Of a stretch of 64,000 nucleotides of DNA, positions 1 to 11,995 are shown piece after piece. The notes under the pieces were generated by a model. The model saw only the letters and a list, made by a program, of their open reading frames with translations. It made no database searches and was not told where the DNA came from. The stretch comes from the human T2T-CHM13v2.0 reference genome, Homo sapiens. The DNA is taken from the NCBI RefSeq assembly GCF_009914755.1, contig NC_060928.1; one strand, given 5' to 3'. Position 1 is the stretch's first letter. Each line of letters begins with the position of its first letter. The position numbers and the translations under genes are program-made.

Positions 1-330
1 GTTTTTATTTCTATATTATTATAGTCAACATTATAGTGAACATTCTGTGCATGTCTTTTGTACACATAATTTTTTATATACCTAAAAGCAGAATTTCTAG
101 GTTTTAGGGAAAATATGTCTTTAGTTTTATTAGATAGTAGTTCTCTAATAAGGTTGTATAAAATATATAATTACAAAACAGTGTGTAAGCCTTAATATTG
201 TAAGACTTTTCTGATGTGTACAAAGCTTGTTCTCAGTTTTGTTTTACTTTGCATTTTCCCAATTAATGTGAGATTATTTAGGAGATTTATTGGATTTTTG
301 TGTGTGTGTGTGAATTGTCCTTTAAAATCC
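1..330 (-). mobile_element. Old L1 (L1M/L1ME-class) fragment, antisense
   Basis: Degenerate antisense L1 motifs (cattctgtgcatgtcttttg...cctaaaagcagaatttctagg; gttttactttgcattttcc). Confidence 0.55.
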
Positions 331-884
331 TTAAAGCTTAATTTTTTTGGTTACCAATACTCACAAATGTTCCCATGGCAAAAGATGGGTCAGTGCCAAT
401 GTATCACTTTGTTTGTTTTTAGCCTCCTCTTTGTGATTTTCAGTCTACATTCCCAGATTGAAATTTTCTTATTTTCTTTTTTTAATCAAAATTTAAAATT
501 TATATTTTTGTCACATAAAACAGTAAAACCCTAATATTTTACAAGTTTAATTTATTTTTAGGGACTTCATGATTAATTAACCACCACCAGAGATTTATAC
601 AGTTCAGACTATTCTGATCACCACTAGCTATTATAGTTATCTCAGCCACTTTCCTTCTGGTATTGTCCTCTGGACTCTACCTATACAGGGTATTTTCATT
701 CCCACTAAGATTATGGAGCCTGTTTTAACTCTATTATCTTTCACACTCTTCCTAAGCTTCAGAACAGTCAACAAAGTAACTTTTATGGATACTGACACTT
801 CTTGTACCAATGCATGCAAAAGATAGGTTTTTAACCCTCTTTAGGGACAAAATTAAAGGGAAAAGAGGGAATATACATGATTGG

Positions 885-1245
885 TGATAACAGTTTGGCT
901 CTGTGTCCCCACCCAAATCTCATCTCGAATTGTAACCCCCAGGTGTAGAGGGATGGGGGTGATTGGATCATTGGGGCCATCTCCCACATGCTAGTCTCAT
1001 GATAGTGAGTGAGTTCTCAGGAGATCTGATTGTTCTATAAGCCTCTAACATTTGCCTGGCTTGAAATTTTATCTCCTGCCACCGTGTGAAGAAGATCTTG
1101 CTTCCCATTTGTTTTCCACCATGATTATAAGTTTCCTGAGGTCTCAACAGCCACACTGAGCTGTGTGTCAATTAAACCTCTCTTTCCTTTATTAATTACC
1201 CTGTCTCAGATATTTCTTTATAGCAGTATAAAACAGACTAATACA
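885..1245 (+). mobile_element. THE1D-like MaLR solo LTR
   Basis: Starts tgataacagtttggctctgtgtccccacccaaatctcatctcgaattgtaa, ends acagactaataca; perfect 5-bp TSD ATTGG (880-884 / 1246-1250). Confidence 0.92.
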
Positions 1246-2333
1246 ATTGGTAAAAGCAAAACTCCATTTTTATTATTTTTAAATTCCTCTGAATTCTGGC
1301 CTCTATGCCATAGGATTTCTGGCATGTCACATTTCTTTAGAGAATTTCAATGTTCAGTCTAGGTTCATTAAAAAATACTAATAAAGTTTAGGAACATACT
1401 TGGTGTTTCAGAAGACATATGGTAGGTATATTTTTTTGAAAGTACATGGATTTTGAGAAATTCAGACCAATCTAAATTTTACTTTGCCTTCCTTGGTGAT
1501 GTACTCTTAAAGGCCAAAATAACAGATTTATAACAGTATAAACCAGCAAATTCTTGCCATTCTTTTGGTTTGTTGGTCTTCTCTATACAAGTTTGGTTTT
1601 ACATATACACCCAGGCATTCTTGAGTCTGGTTCTAGTTACTGGTTTAATGACAATGATTTAAGGCAGAAAAGGAATAATTACCACATATAAGGGAGACTC
1701 CTCAGGCAAGGAAACAGCAGCTTTTTTTTTTCTTTTTTTTTTTAAAGCCAGGGAAGAAGAGCAACTTCCAAATAATAAAAATAATTTCTTTCTTAGGCAA
1801 TGACAGTGTAGAGTGCTTCATAGGAGATGATGCAGTGAGTCATTCCTTCCTGTTTCTTTTCCCCTTTTAAGAGTACTGTTTTTGTGATCATTGCCTTATG
1901 GCCACAAATAAAAAGCAAAGAGTTAGGCTATATGTGCTAAACTACAGAATCAGTTGAATTCTTACTTTTTCATGAGCATCAGTTCATATTTTAATTTGAT
2001 AGTTTGGGGTTTTAAGCCTGTCATTCTTTCGCAATGTCATAGAAATCAGCCACCCTACCAGAGGGATACTCACATTTCTTGTGCTCTTCAAAATATTTTA
2101 TGGTGCCCACAACTTTTTCCTTCTGAAACTTGCTCTCAGTAAGACTTTGTTCTAGATCATAATAAGTAAATATTTAATTGGCTATTTTGTTATAAGACTC
2201 CAAATTTTCTATCCTGGAATCATATATGCACATATTAATGGAAAGTATTTCTCTTCTACCCCATGTCAACAGCACAGTCCCAAACAGTCTACAATTCCCT
2301 AGATATTATCAGTTCTCATTTTTGTACCAATAT

Positions 2334-2660
2334 CTGTATCAATTCAGATCTTTGCAAGCAAGTGAAACTGATTTTGGCTAACTTAATAAGTGAATTTGAA
2401 TTTGCTGAAAACCTAAGGGAGTTATAGAATTATTGAAAAGGTTAGAGAGCAAGGTTTGAAAATTAATTGTAATCAAGGCATTTTGGGGACCCAAGAATCA
2501 CAAATTCCAGGAAGAGATCTATAACAACATGGACTGGGTGTTGCCACTTTGTATGAGCAATGGTATTTCTTCTATCCTTGCATAACCATTTCAATATTTA
2601 AATCTCCAGAAGATAGAATCCAATTATGGAAGTATAGATCATTTACTAGGGAGTAAGAAA
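2334..2660 (-). mobile_element. Ancient MLT1 (J/K/L-like) MaLR LTR fragment
   Basis: tgtatcaattcagatctttgcaagcaagtgaaactgattttggctaactt and ccagaagatagaatccaatt resemble antisense MLT1J/K motifs. Confidence 0.5.
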
Positions 2661-4074
2661 GAAATTTGTGGTTCTATTTGAAATGGGAAATGGAGTTTGG
2701 ATGATCAAAACTAACAAGTTACCTTCTACACATGGGAAGTTATAAGCCAATGTAGCTTTTGAAAATATACATAATATTTTGTTTGTGTGTTTTGTTCTAA
2801 AGTATTTTAATAGATGAGTGTTAACCAACTTAAAATTGTGATAATATATGTATATTTTTACATTGGTTGTCTTATTTTATGCTCTCTGATTTTTTTGTAC
2901 TTCATTGAAAGTTTATAATTTTGAAAGTTTATATATAAAAATATAAAAAAGTTTCTATATGTAAAGTATAAAAATATAATTCCAAACAACTGAATCATTT
3001 GCAATAAGAAAATATGCTCAAATTTTAGCAATTATAATAATATACTATACTATATTTTAAATGATTTATTAAGACATATAAGGACTTATTTTAGAAATTA
3101 CTATAGAAATTATTATGTTTGGCTTTTATAAGAAATACTGTATTTCTGATCATTTTTCCTTTATATTGTTGATAGTCTTAGAGGAGGCTAATATGAAATG
3201 AGTTTTTGCTTGGGCTCATTTTGGGAAACATGTAAAATGTTAATAAACGTTTATCTCAATTTTGACTTAATAGTGATATACATTTGAGACCCAGGAGACT
3301 CAGCATATGGTGAAGGTTCACAGAGACACGTGCAGATGGAGAATACCACTGCTAAACTGGCAACACTTGGTTAAACACCAGAATGGATTACATACAATCA
3401 ATGCGAGGAACCTGGAAATCAAGGCTGGAAAGAAGCCTTAAGTAAGGCAATTTGTCTAGAGATGAAACATGAGAAGAAGGCCAGAGTAAGGAGGGGTGTC
3501 AAAACCTAGCAGAGGAGTTAATAGGCAATATTGTTATCAGAAAGGAAAGTATTACAGGGAATTATGATCCAGTCAATTAGTAGGGTCAGTACAAAGCAGC
3601 AGCAAGAAATGTTTGTTTAGGAGAAATAAGCCACTTGCGTAGAAGAGGTATCGGTTGCTAAGGAAGATCATGATATGACAAATAAGAAAGTAAGATTGAA
3701 GACAAAGATCGAAGAACAAGGAACAGAAGCTAGCAATGGTTTAGAGAAGTCTTTAGACAAAAGCCTGTGGAAAGAAACGGGTGTGAGGGTGAAAGGCGCT
3801 CCTTTCATGCAATAAAATGTTGCAGAGAAAACTAGTTAAATTATTTTACATTTCTTTCATTTTTTCCCATATAGATTTCAGAGCTTAAAGAATTCTTAAA
3901 GACTTATTATGATTTGATCTAACGATGAACCAAATTATAAAAAATTAAGCAAGTTTAAGTTGTTTAGGAAAAAATTATAAAACAAATTCTTCAGTTGTAT
4001 TGAGGGCTTATAGTATCTCATATGCTGACTTTTAAAAATGAAACTAACATTTTTTTCATCATGAGAAGGGAAAA

Positions 4075-4370
4075 GGTTTTTAAAGTTTTTGTTATGAAGC
4101 ATGTATAATACACACAAAAGTGAAGAGCGTAAAGAAAAACTACCATTTCTTAGCTTGAATAATCATCAACTTCCTACATATTTTTATTCTACTTATTGCC
4201 CCCATTTTGTGGTATTTATATTCCCAATTATTTGAAATAAAATCCTAAAATCATATTATTTAAGCATAAATAATTCATTATGTATGTCAAGTAAATTATG
4301 ACTCTTTTTTAAACATAATAATATCACATCCAACAAAATTTACGTAACTCCTTAAGACCAGCATTCCTTT
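4075..4370 (-). mobile_element. L1MC/ME-class 3' UTR fragment
   Basis: tttgaaataaaatcctaaaatcatatt...ttttttaaacataataatatcacatccaacaaaatt is typical of antisense old L1 3' ends. Confidence 0.55.
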
Positions 4371-5330
4371 GTCAACAAACAGAGCTTTTACTATATTTAT
4401 TTTAGATTTTCATATGACATAAACTAATTCATCTTCCTAGTCGATAAAGATGCAAAAGGCACTTTGAGATTTATTTGCAAACAAGCCACCCTAATACTAT
4501 TTTCCTGAGAGTGTGTTTCTGAGGATACTGAAAACTTTGTGTCGTAGATACACTATGGGGTCAGGTAGTACAACCATTTTGTATCCTAATAACTGTGTTC
4601 GTGGCTTTGACATTTCCAGTGAAAAGAGGATTGGAGAAATATCAGGTACTATCATGGATGAAAGAAAAAATATTTCATTTCAGCATTGGAAGAACTAAGC
4701 ATTTGTCCAACTTTAGATGTTATCCTTGGCTAGGGACCTATAATTGCTCTCACAGCCCAAACAGAACCAGGTATGAGGGATGCATGTTAACTCTCTGTTA
4801 ACCGGGAACTCTGTTAAAGGTGCTAATGTGAGAGATATTAGAACATAGATTCCTGAGGAAGTCTAAAAAGAGTCTGGAGAAATAATTTTATCTACCTGTT
4901 TCCTTCTAGAAAAGAACACACAAGCCAAAGATACCAGAAATAAATTGTTGGGGAGAATTGTTTACTTAAACTCTGTGCACACATACAAATTACATTGTTC
5001 TTGATTACATGGCAAAACAATAAAAAAATAATTTTTCCACTGATGAAGACAAATATTATTTGATGAGATTATATTACTGATTAATTTTTGAGGACTTATT
5101 TAACCCAGGCTTCATGCTTCATATAATGTGAGTTCAATCTCCACTCTCAAGGCATTTATAGCTCAAAGAGCCTGTAAAACAGGAAAATATTTTTATGGTT
5201 ATTAATACTGCAACATGTATATTTAAAAATTACAGAGGAAAATTAAAGGCCATTTGACTACAGACTAGATAAAATGGTAGATAGCCAAACAGAAATTAGA
5301 TAGAAAAATCTAACAAATATTAAGTACATA

Positions 5331-7320
5331 CAGGCACACTTCAGAGATATTGTGGGTTTGGTTCCAGACGAGTAAAATCAAGTGAATATCACAATAAAGT
5401 GAGTCACAAATTTTTTGGTTGCTTGGTGCATATAAAGTTATGTTTATTATTAATTGTGCAGTAGCATTATACAGACCTTAATTTAAAAGTTCTTTACTGC
5501 TAAAAATGCTGACAATCATCTGAGCCTTCAGGGAGTTGTAATGTTATTGCTGGTGGAGGGTCTTGCCTTGATGTTGATGGATGCTGACTGATCAGGGTGG
5601 TGGTTCCTGAAGGTTAGGGTAGCTGTGGCAATTTCTTAAAATAAGGCAACAATGAAGTTTGCCACATCAATTGACTTTTCCTTTCAGGAAAGATTTCGCT
5701 CGCTGTACTATGTGATGCTATTTGATTGCATTTTGCCCACAGTAGTATTTCTTTTAAAATTGAAGTTCATCCTCTCAAACTCTGTCATTGCTCTGTCAAT
5801 TAAGTTTAGGTAATATTCTAAAGCCTTTGTTGTCATTTCAACATCATTCATAGCGCTTCACCAGGAGTAGATGCCATCTCAAGAAGCCACTTTCTTTGCT
5901 CATCCATAATCACAATCATCATGAGATTACAGCAATTCAGTCCTGTATTCAGGGTCCACTTTGAATTCTAGTTCTCTTGTTATTTTCATCACTTACACAG
6001 TTACTTTCTCCACTGAAATCTTGAGCCACTCAAAGTCATCTATGAGGGTTGGAATCAACTTCTTTCAAACTCCTGTTCATGTGGATATTTTGACCTCCTC
6101 CCATGAATCACTAATGTTCTTAATGGCATCCAGAATGGTGAATCCTTTCCAGAAGGCTTTCAATTTACTTTGCTCTGATTCATCAGAGGAATCACTATCT
6201 GTGGCAGCCATAGCCTCACAAAATGTATTTCTTAAATAATAAGACTTGAAAGTCAAAATTGCTTCTTGATCCAGAGGCTGCCGAAAAAAAGTTTACTTGT
6301 TAGTAGGCAGAAAATCAATGTTAATTTCATTGTATGTCTCCATCACAGCATTTGGGTGACCAAGAGCACTGTCAATGAGCAGTAATATTTTGAAAGGAGT
6401 CTTTTTTCTGAGAAGTAGGTTTTAACATTGGCTTAAATATTGAGTAAACCATGCTGTGAACAGATATGCTGTCATCCAGGCTTTCTTGTTCCATTTATAG
6501 AGCACATGCAGAGTACATTTAGCATCATTATTAGGAGCTGAATTTTAGGATGGTAAATGAGTATTGGCTTCAATCTAAAGTCATCAGCTGTATTATTCCC
6601 TGACAAGAGAGTCAGCCTGTCCTTTGAAGTTTTGAAGCCAAGTATTGACTTTTCCTCTCTAGCTATGAAAGTCCAAGATGGCATCTTCTTCCAATAAAAG
6701 GCTATTTTGTCTATATAGAAAATCTGTTGTTTAGTGTAGCTACCTTCATCAATTATCTTAGCAAAATTTTCTGGATAATTTGCTGCAGTTTCTGTATCAG
6801 CATTTGCTGCTTTGCCTTTCATTTCTATGTTGTGAAGACAGCTTTCCCTAAGCCTCATGAACCAAGCTTTGCTTGCTTTCAGCTCTTCTGCAGCTTTCTC
6901 ACCTCACTTAGCCTTCATAAAGTTGAAGAGAGTTAAGGTCTTTCTCTGGATTAGGCTTTGGCTTAAGGGTGTGTTATGGCTGGTTTGATCTTTCATCCAG
7001 ACCTCTAAAACGTTCTCCATGTCAGCAATAAAGCTGTTTTGCTTTCTTATCATTCATGTGTTCATTGGAATGGCACTTTTAATTTCCTTTAAGAGCTTTT
7101 CTTTTGTATTAATAACTTGGCTCACTGTTTGATGCAAGAAGCCTAACTTTCCTCCTGTCCTGGCTTTTGACATGCCTTCTTCACTAAGCTTAATTATTTC
7201 TACCTTCTGATTTAAAGTAATATATGTGACTCATTCTTTTTAAGTAAACACTCAGGGGCCATTGTAAGGTTGTTAATTGGTCTAAGTTTAATATTGTTGT
7301 GTCACAGAGAGCAGGGAGGC
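5331..7320 (-). mobile_element. Tigger1 (TcMar-Tigger/pogo) DNA transposon, about 2 kb, one end missing
   Basis: TA followed by terminal inverted repeat (TIR) caggcacacttcagagatattgtgggtttggttccagac; internal transposase homology on the minus strand; homology stops near 7320 with no second TIR. Confidence 0.93.
6472..6858 (-). pseudogene. Tigger1 transposase remnant (start of DDE_1-type domain)
   Basis: [71 protein letters not shown] matches pogo/TIGD1-type transposase; frameshifted and truncated. Confidence 0.88.
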
Positions 7321-7329
7321 ATCAGAAAA

Positions 7330-8285
7330 ATGGTGTAGGAAGCCTACATATTGCAGAGTCTAGAGTTGCATTTTGGGGAGCCCAATATTTTATGTGAGTT
7401 TTTTTCTTAGATCATTTCTCAACTCAAGGAATAGGAGAGAGGCCAAAATTCTGGGCAGAAGATGGCTGCTCAGAGGCAGAAAACCCAGAAGAACTTTCAG
7501 CAATTTCATAGTTTTGGGGGAGACCGAAATTGGAATGAGACTGCCAAGGCAGCCAAGGCTGGAGGGACTAGAGATCTGGAGTAAACCCAACATTCAACAC
7601 TAGTTTTTCCCTCAAGATATTTGCTGATTTTTAAGTTCCATGGAAAGGGAGTCTAAAATGTCAAGCAGAAAATAGGTGAAAAGAAGAGCTGAGTTTCTTT
7701 TTTAATCATATTATAATGCTGGAAAGGTAAAAGTTCCAATTTAAGGCCATTAAAGGGGAAGCAGCACTCAAGAATTTCAGTTGTAAACCACCATGAGCAA
7801 TATCCTAGGAGGTACATCAAAGGTAGACTGTATCTTCCTAGGAGTATAGCTCAACCCCAATCATTTCAGCATTTGGCTGGACTGAGCTAATGTGTCCCTT
7901 TTCTAGCTGCCTTCCAACAAAAAGGGTGAATTCACTATTGAGGGAGATAACTTCTACCAATACCTCAGTTATTTCTCATATAAAATATTTGATTTTCAAT
8001 AAAAATTACCAACAAACCTCAAAACAACCAAAGGGAAAAGAAACACTAGGAAGAGACCCACAGTTGACCCAGATATTGGAGTTATCAAATGCAAACTTGA
8101 AAAAAAATGGATTATTATTTTGAAGAAAATAGATGAAAAATGAAGAATTTCACCAAAGAAATAGAATATAAGAAAAAAAATAGGCACTGTAGAACTGAAA
8201 AATACCCACACTGACCGTAAGAAGTCAGTGGATCAGTTTAATGGCACAAGGTACACAGTGAAGACAGAGTTGGTAGACTGGAAGC
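7330..8285 (+). mobile_element. Old L1M/HAL1-like 5'/ORF1 fragment
   Basis: gacccagatattggagttatca...gaatttcaccaaagaaatagaatata...gaactgaaaaatac...gtagactggaag are L1 ORF1 coiled-coil region motifs; 5' boundary uncertain. Confidence 0.6.
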
Positions 8286-8291
8286 CTATCT

Positions 8292-8780
8292 TGTATGCTC
8301 TCAGTGCTCAATGCAGATCCCTTTCCAATGCTAGAGGCCCTGTCCCTTGGGCCCTCTGAGTCCTGGCTGCTACCAGTTCACAACTGTACTTGCTCTGGAG
8401 AAATGCCAAAACTATGTCACCCAGAGATGCTGGGGGTTATATCCCCTCCTGAGGGTGACTCCTAGCCAATAAATATTTTTAAAAAACATGTAACATGAAA
8501 TTTACTCTCTTAAAAAATGCAGCCAATAATTGACAGATATAAGTATATTAAAACCAAAATTCCTTAAGTAAGGTCAGGTTTGAGCACCCTTCATTATCGA
8601 AAGTGCCTATGGGATCTGGCTGAGCTTAGACTCTAGCTGAACCCAAACCTATGCTTGGCTCCTCCTTTTCTGCTTTCCTGCTTCTCTTTTCCTTGCAGTT
8701 TTCTCTAAAGAGCACTCAATAAATCACTTACACAAGAATCTTTAGCTCGTGCTCTTCCCCAAAGGAATCTGACCTAGGAA
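8292..8780 (+). mobile_element. LTR16-family (ERVL) solo LTR
   Basis: 5' cagatcccttt motif; 3' gagcactcaataaatcacttacacaagaatc...ggaatctgacctagga matches the LTR16 terminus. Confidence 0.7.
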
Positions 8781-8789
8781 AGAATGACA

Positions 8790-9080
8790 TGTATTAATGA
8801 CAAAAGGCTAATCCACTGGAAAGTGTCATAATTTTGAATCTTTTCCCTGATGGCATAGCTTCAAAAAATATAAAACTAAGAAAAGATAAAACAAAAAAAA
8901 TGAGTAAGATCTCAAAATCCTACATAACATTAGTGAGAGAAATTAAAATAAGACCTGTATAAATTGAGAGGATACTTCAAGTTCTCACCAAAAGTTGTCA
9001 TGAGGCTTCTGGGATAAATTGCATATTCTATTTATTGATCTGGAAGGTAATCAGATGCATGCATTTTATTTTGTAAAAGT
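8790..9080 (+). mobile_element. Fragmented L1ME pieces (EN, RT, 3' UTR)
   Basis: catagcttcaaaaaatataaa; gaaattaaaataagacctgtataaattgagaggata; gaggcttctggg...tctatttattgatctgg. Confidence 0.45.
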
Positions 9081-9384
9081 AAGTGTTTAGAAAGATAGAG
9101 TTAGTTCAGAGATGTTTAAATCAATTATCAAATGGATAAGGGATATACTTTGGGTTCATTTGTTATTTCTTAATATTTTATGCCAGTGTTATTTTTTACC
9201 TCAGATCTTAAGTGTTTTATTAGTTCTTTTTAACTATGTCATCTAATCTCCTCAAAATGATTGCTTTTTTTATGAATCTAAGAATATTAATTACAAGCTG
9301 TGTTGTTATGTTATTAATTTCATGAATGTGTTTACCAAACTGTAAACTATGTAATGAAGTGCTTAAATATTTATTTGCCTATTT

Positions 9385-11995
9385 GTTTCTGACAATTATG
9401 TTTATTTATGGAGTACAATAGGGTGTTTTGATCTATGTATATATTATAGAAAGATTCAATTAAATGAGTTAACATATCCAACACCTCACCAATTTGTCAT
9501 TTTTTTTTGTAGTGAGAACGTTAAAAATCCATTTTTTAAACAATTTTGAAATATACAATTATTTTTCAAATATAATACATTATTATTAACTGTGGGTCAC
9601 TATGCAGTACAATAGATCACTAAAACATATTCCTCCAGTCTAACCAAAACCTCATACCCTTTGATCAACATAACCCCTTTCCCTATCTTGTCCCTTCTAC
9701 CCTCAGCCTCTGATACCAACTTTCTACTCTGTTTCTATGAGTTGAACTTTTCTAGATTCCACATGTAAGTGAGCTCATATGGTATTTGTCTTTCTTTGTC
9801 TGACTTATTTCACTTAGCATAATGTCCTCCAGTTCCATCTATGTTATTACATATGACAGAATTTCTTACCTTCTTAAGGCAGTATTGTATTTCATTGTGT
9901 ATATATATAACATTTTCTTTATCCATTCATCTGTTGATGGACACAGGTTGATTCTATATCTTGGCTATTGTGAATGATGCTGAAATGAATGTGGGAGTAT
10001 AGATATCTATTTGCAATATTGATTTCAGTTCCTTTGGATATATACACAGAAGTGGGATAGCTGGATCATATGGTAGTTCTATTTTTAGTTCGTTGAGAAC
10101 ACTCAATACAGTTTTCCATAGTGGGTGTACTGATTTACATTCCCACCAGCAATGCACAAGGGTTCCCTTTCCTCCATATCCTCATCAACACGTGTTGTCA
10201 TTTTCTTTTTGATAATGGCCATGATGAAAGGAATCAGGTTAATATCTTCTCATTGTAGTTTTAATTTGCATTTCCCTGATAATTAGAGATGTTGAAGATT
10301 TTAATATATCTGCTGTCCATTTATAATTTTATTTTTAGAAATGTTTGTCCATATTCTTTGTTCATTTTTTAATTGAGTTGTTTTCTTCCTGAGTTGTTTT
10401 AGTTATATATATATATTTTGTATATTAACACCTTATCAAATGTATAGTTTGTAAATATTTTCTCCCAGTTCATGAACTGTCTCTTCATGCTTGTAATTGT
10501 TTCTTTGGTATGCAGAAGTCTTTTCAGTTTGATGCAGTATTATTTGTCTATTTATACTTTTGTTATCTGTGCTTTTGGTGTCTTATCCCAGAAATAATTG
10601 CCCAGACCAATGTTGTGGAAAATTTTCTGTTTTCTTCTATTAGATTTACAGTTTGAGATCTTACATATGAATCTTTTATCCACTTTGAGTTGATTTTTGT
10701 AACATGTCAGATGAGGGCCCGATTGCATTCTTCTTCATCTGGATATCTAATTTTCCCAACACCATTTATTAAAAAGACTGTCCTTTCCCCACTGTATATT
10801 CTGGCACATTTGTCAAAAATCAATCGATCATAAATACTTGGGTTTATTTCTGAGCTTTCTGTTATGCTTCTTTGGTTGATGTATCTATTTTTATGTCAGT
10901 ACCATGCAATTTTTATAGCAATAGCTTTATAATACATTTTGAAATCAGGGAATGTGATGTCTCCAGCTGTTCTTTTTGCTCAAGATGGCTTTGGCTATTC
11001 ATAGTCTTTTATGGTTCTCTACAAATTTTAAAATTAATTTGCTATTTCTGTGAAAAGTGACACTGGAATTTTGATGGATATTGCATTGACTCTATAGAGC
11101 ACTTGGGATAGTATACACATTTTGACAATATTAATTATTCTAATCCATGAACATGGAATATCTTTTCATCTGTTTGTGTCTTCTTCAATTTTTTTTCATT
11201 GATGTTCTATAGTTTTTAGTGTACAGATCTTTCACTTCTTTGGTTTAATTTACTAGTAAGTATTTTTAATGCTATTGTAAATAGAATTGTTTTCTTAATT
11301 TTTTGGGTGGGTAGTTTGCTGTTAGTGTATAAAAACTAATTTTGTATGCTTATTTTGTAAACTGTGTCTTTAGTAAATTTGTTTATCAGTTCAAACAGTT
11401 TTGGGTGAAGTCTTTATGGTTTTCTATATATAGAGAGAGTCATATGTCCAGTAGATGGAGACAATTTTATTTCCTCCTTTCTTCATACAGGTGGCTATTA
11501 TTTCTTTGTCTTGCAAAATTGTTCTGACTAGGACATCCATACTATGTTAAATAGAATTAGTGAGAGTGATATTAGTTCTTCCTTAGCGGTTTGATAGAAT
11601 TCAGCAACAAAGCCATCAGGTCCTGGGCTTTTGTTTGATAAGATTTTTTTTATTACTTATTTAATTTTTTACTTATTAGTTTGTTCTGATGTTCTATTTT
11701 TCAGGATTCAGCCTTGGTAGGGTACATGTTTCTAAAATGCATCATTTTATTCTATGTTATCCATTTTTTGGTATATAGTTGTTTATAGTAGTATCTTAAA
11801 AACCTTCGTGTTTCTGTTGTATCTGTTGTGAGGCCATCTCTTTCATTTCTGATTTTGTTTGAGTATTCTCTCATTTTTCTGTTAAAGTTTTGTAGATTTT
11901 GTTTATCTTTCAAAAAACAAGCCAACTTTCATTTTGTTGATTTTTTCTATTTTTCTAGTCTCTATTTTATTTCTTCTGATCTTTGTTATTTCCTT
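9385..11995 (-). mobile_element. L1MA (L1MA6/7-like) 3' segment: 3' UTR plus ORF2, internal deletion near 11570
   Basis: Antisense 3' UTR (aacatatccaacacctcacc...gtgagaacgttaaaaatc...aatagatcactaaaac); ORF 9954-10157 (-) [24 protein letters not shown] is the L1 ORF2 C-terminus. Confidence 0.9.
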
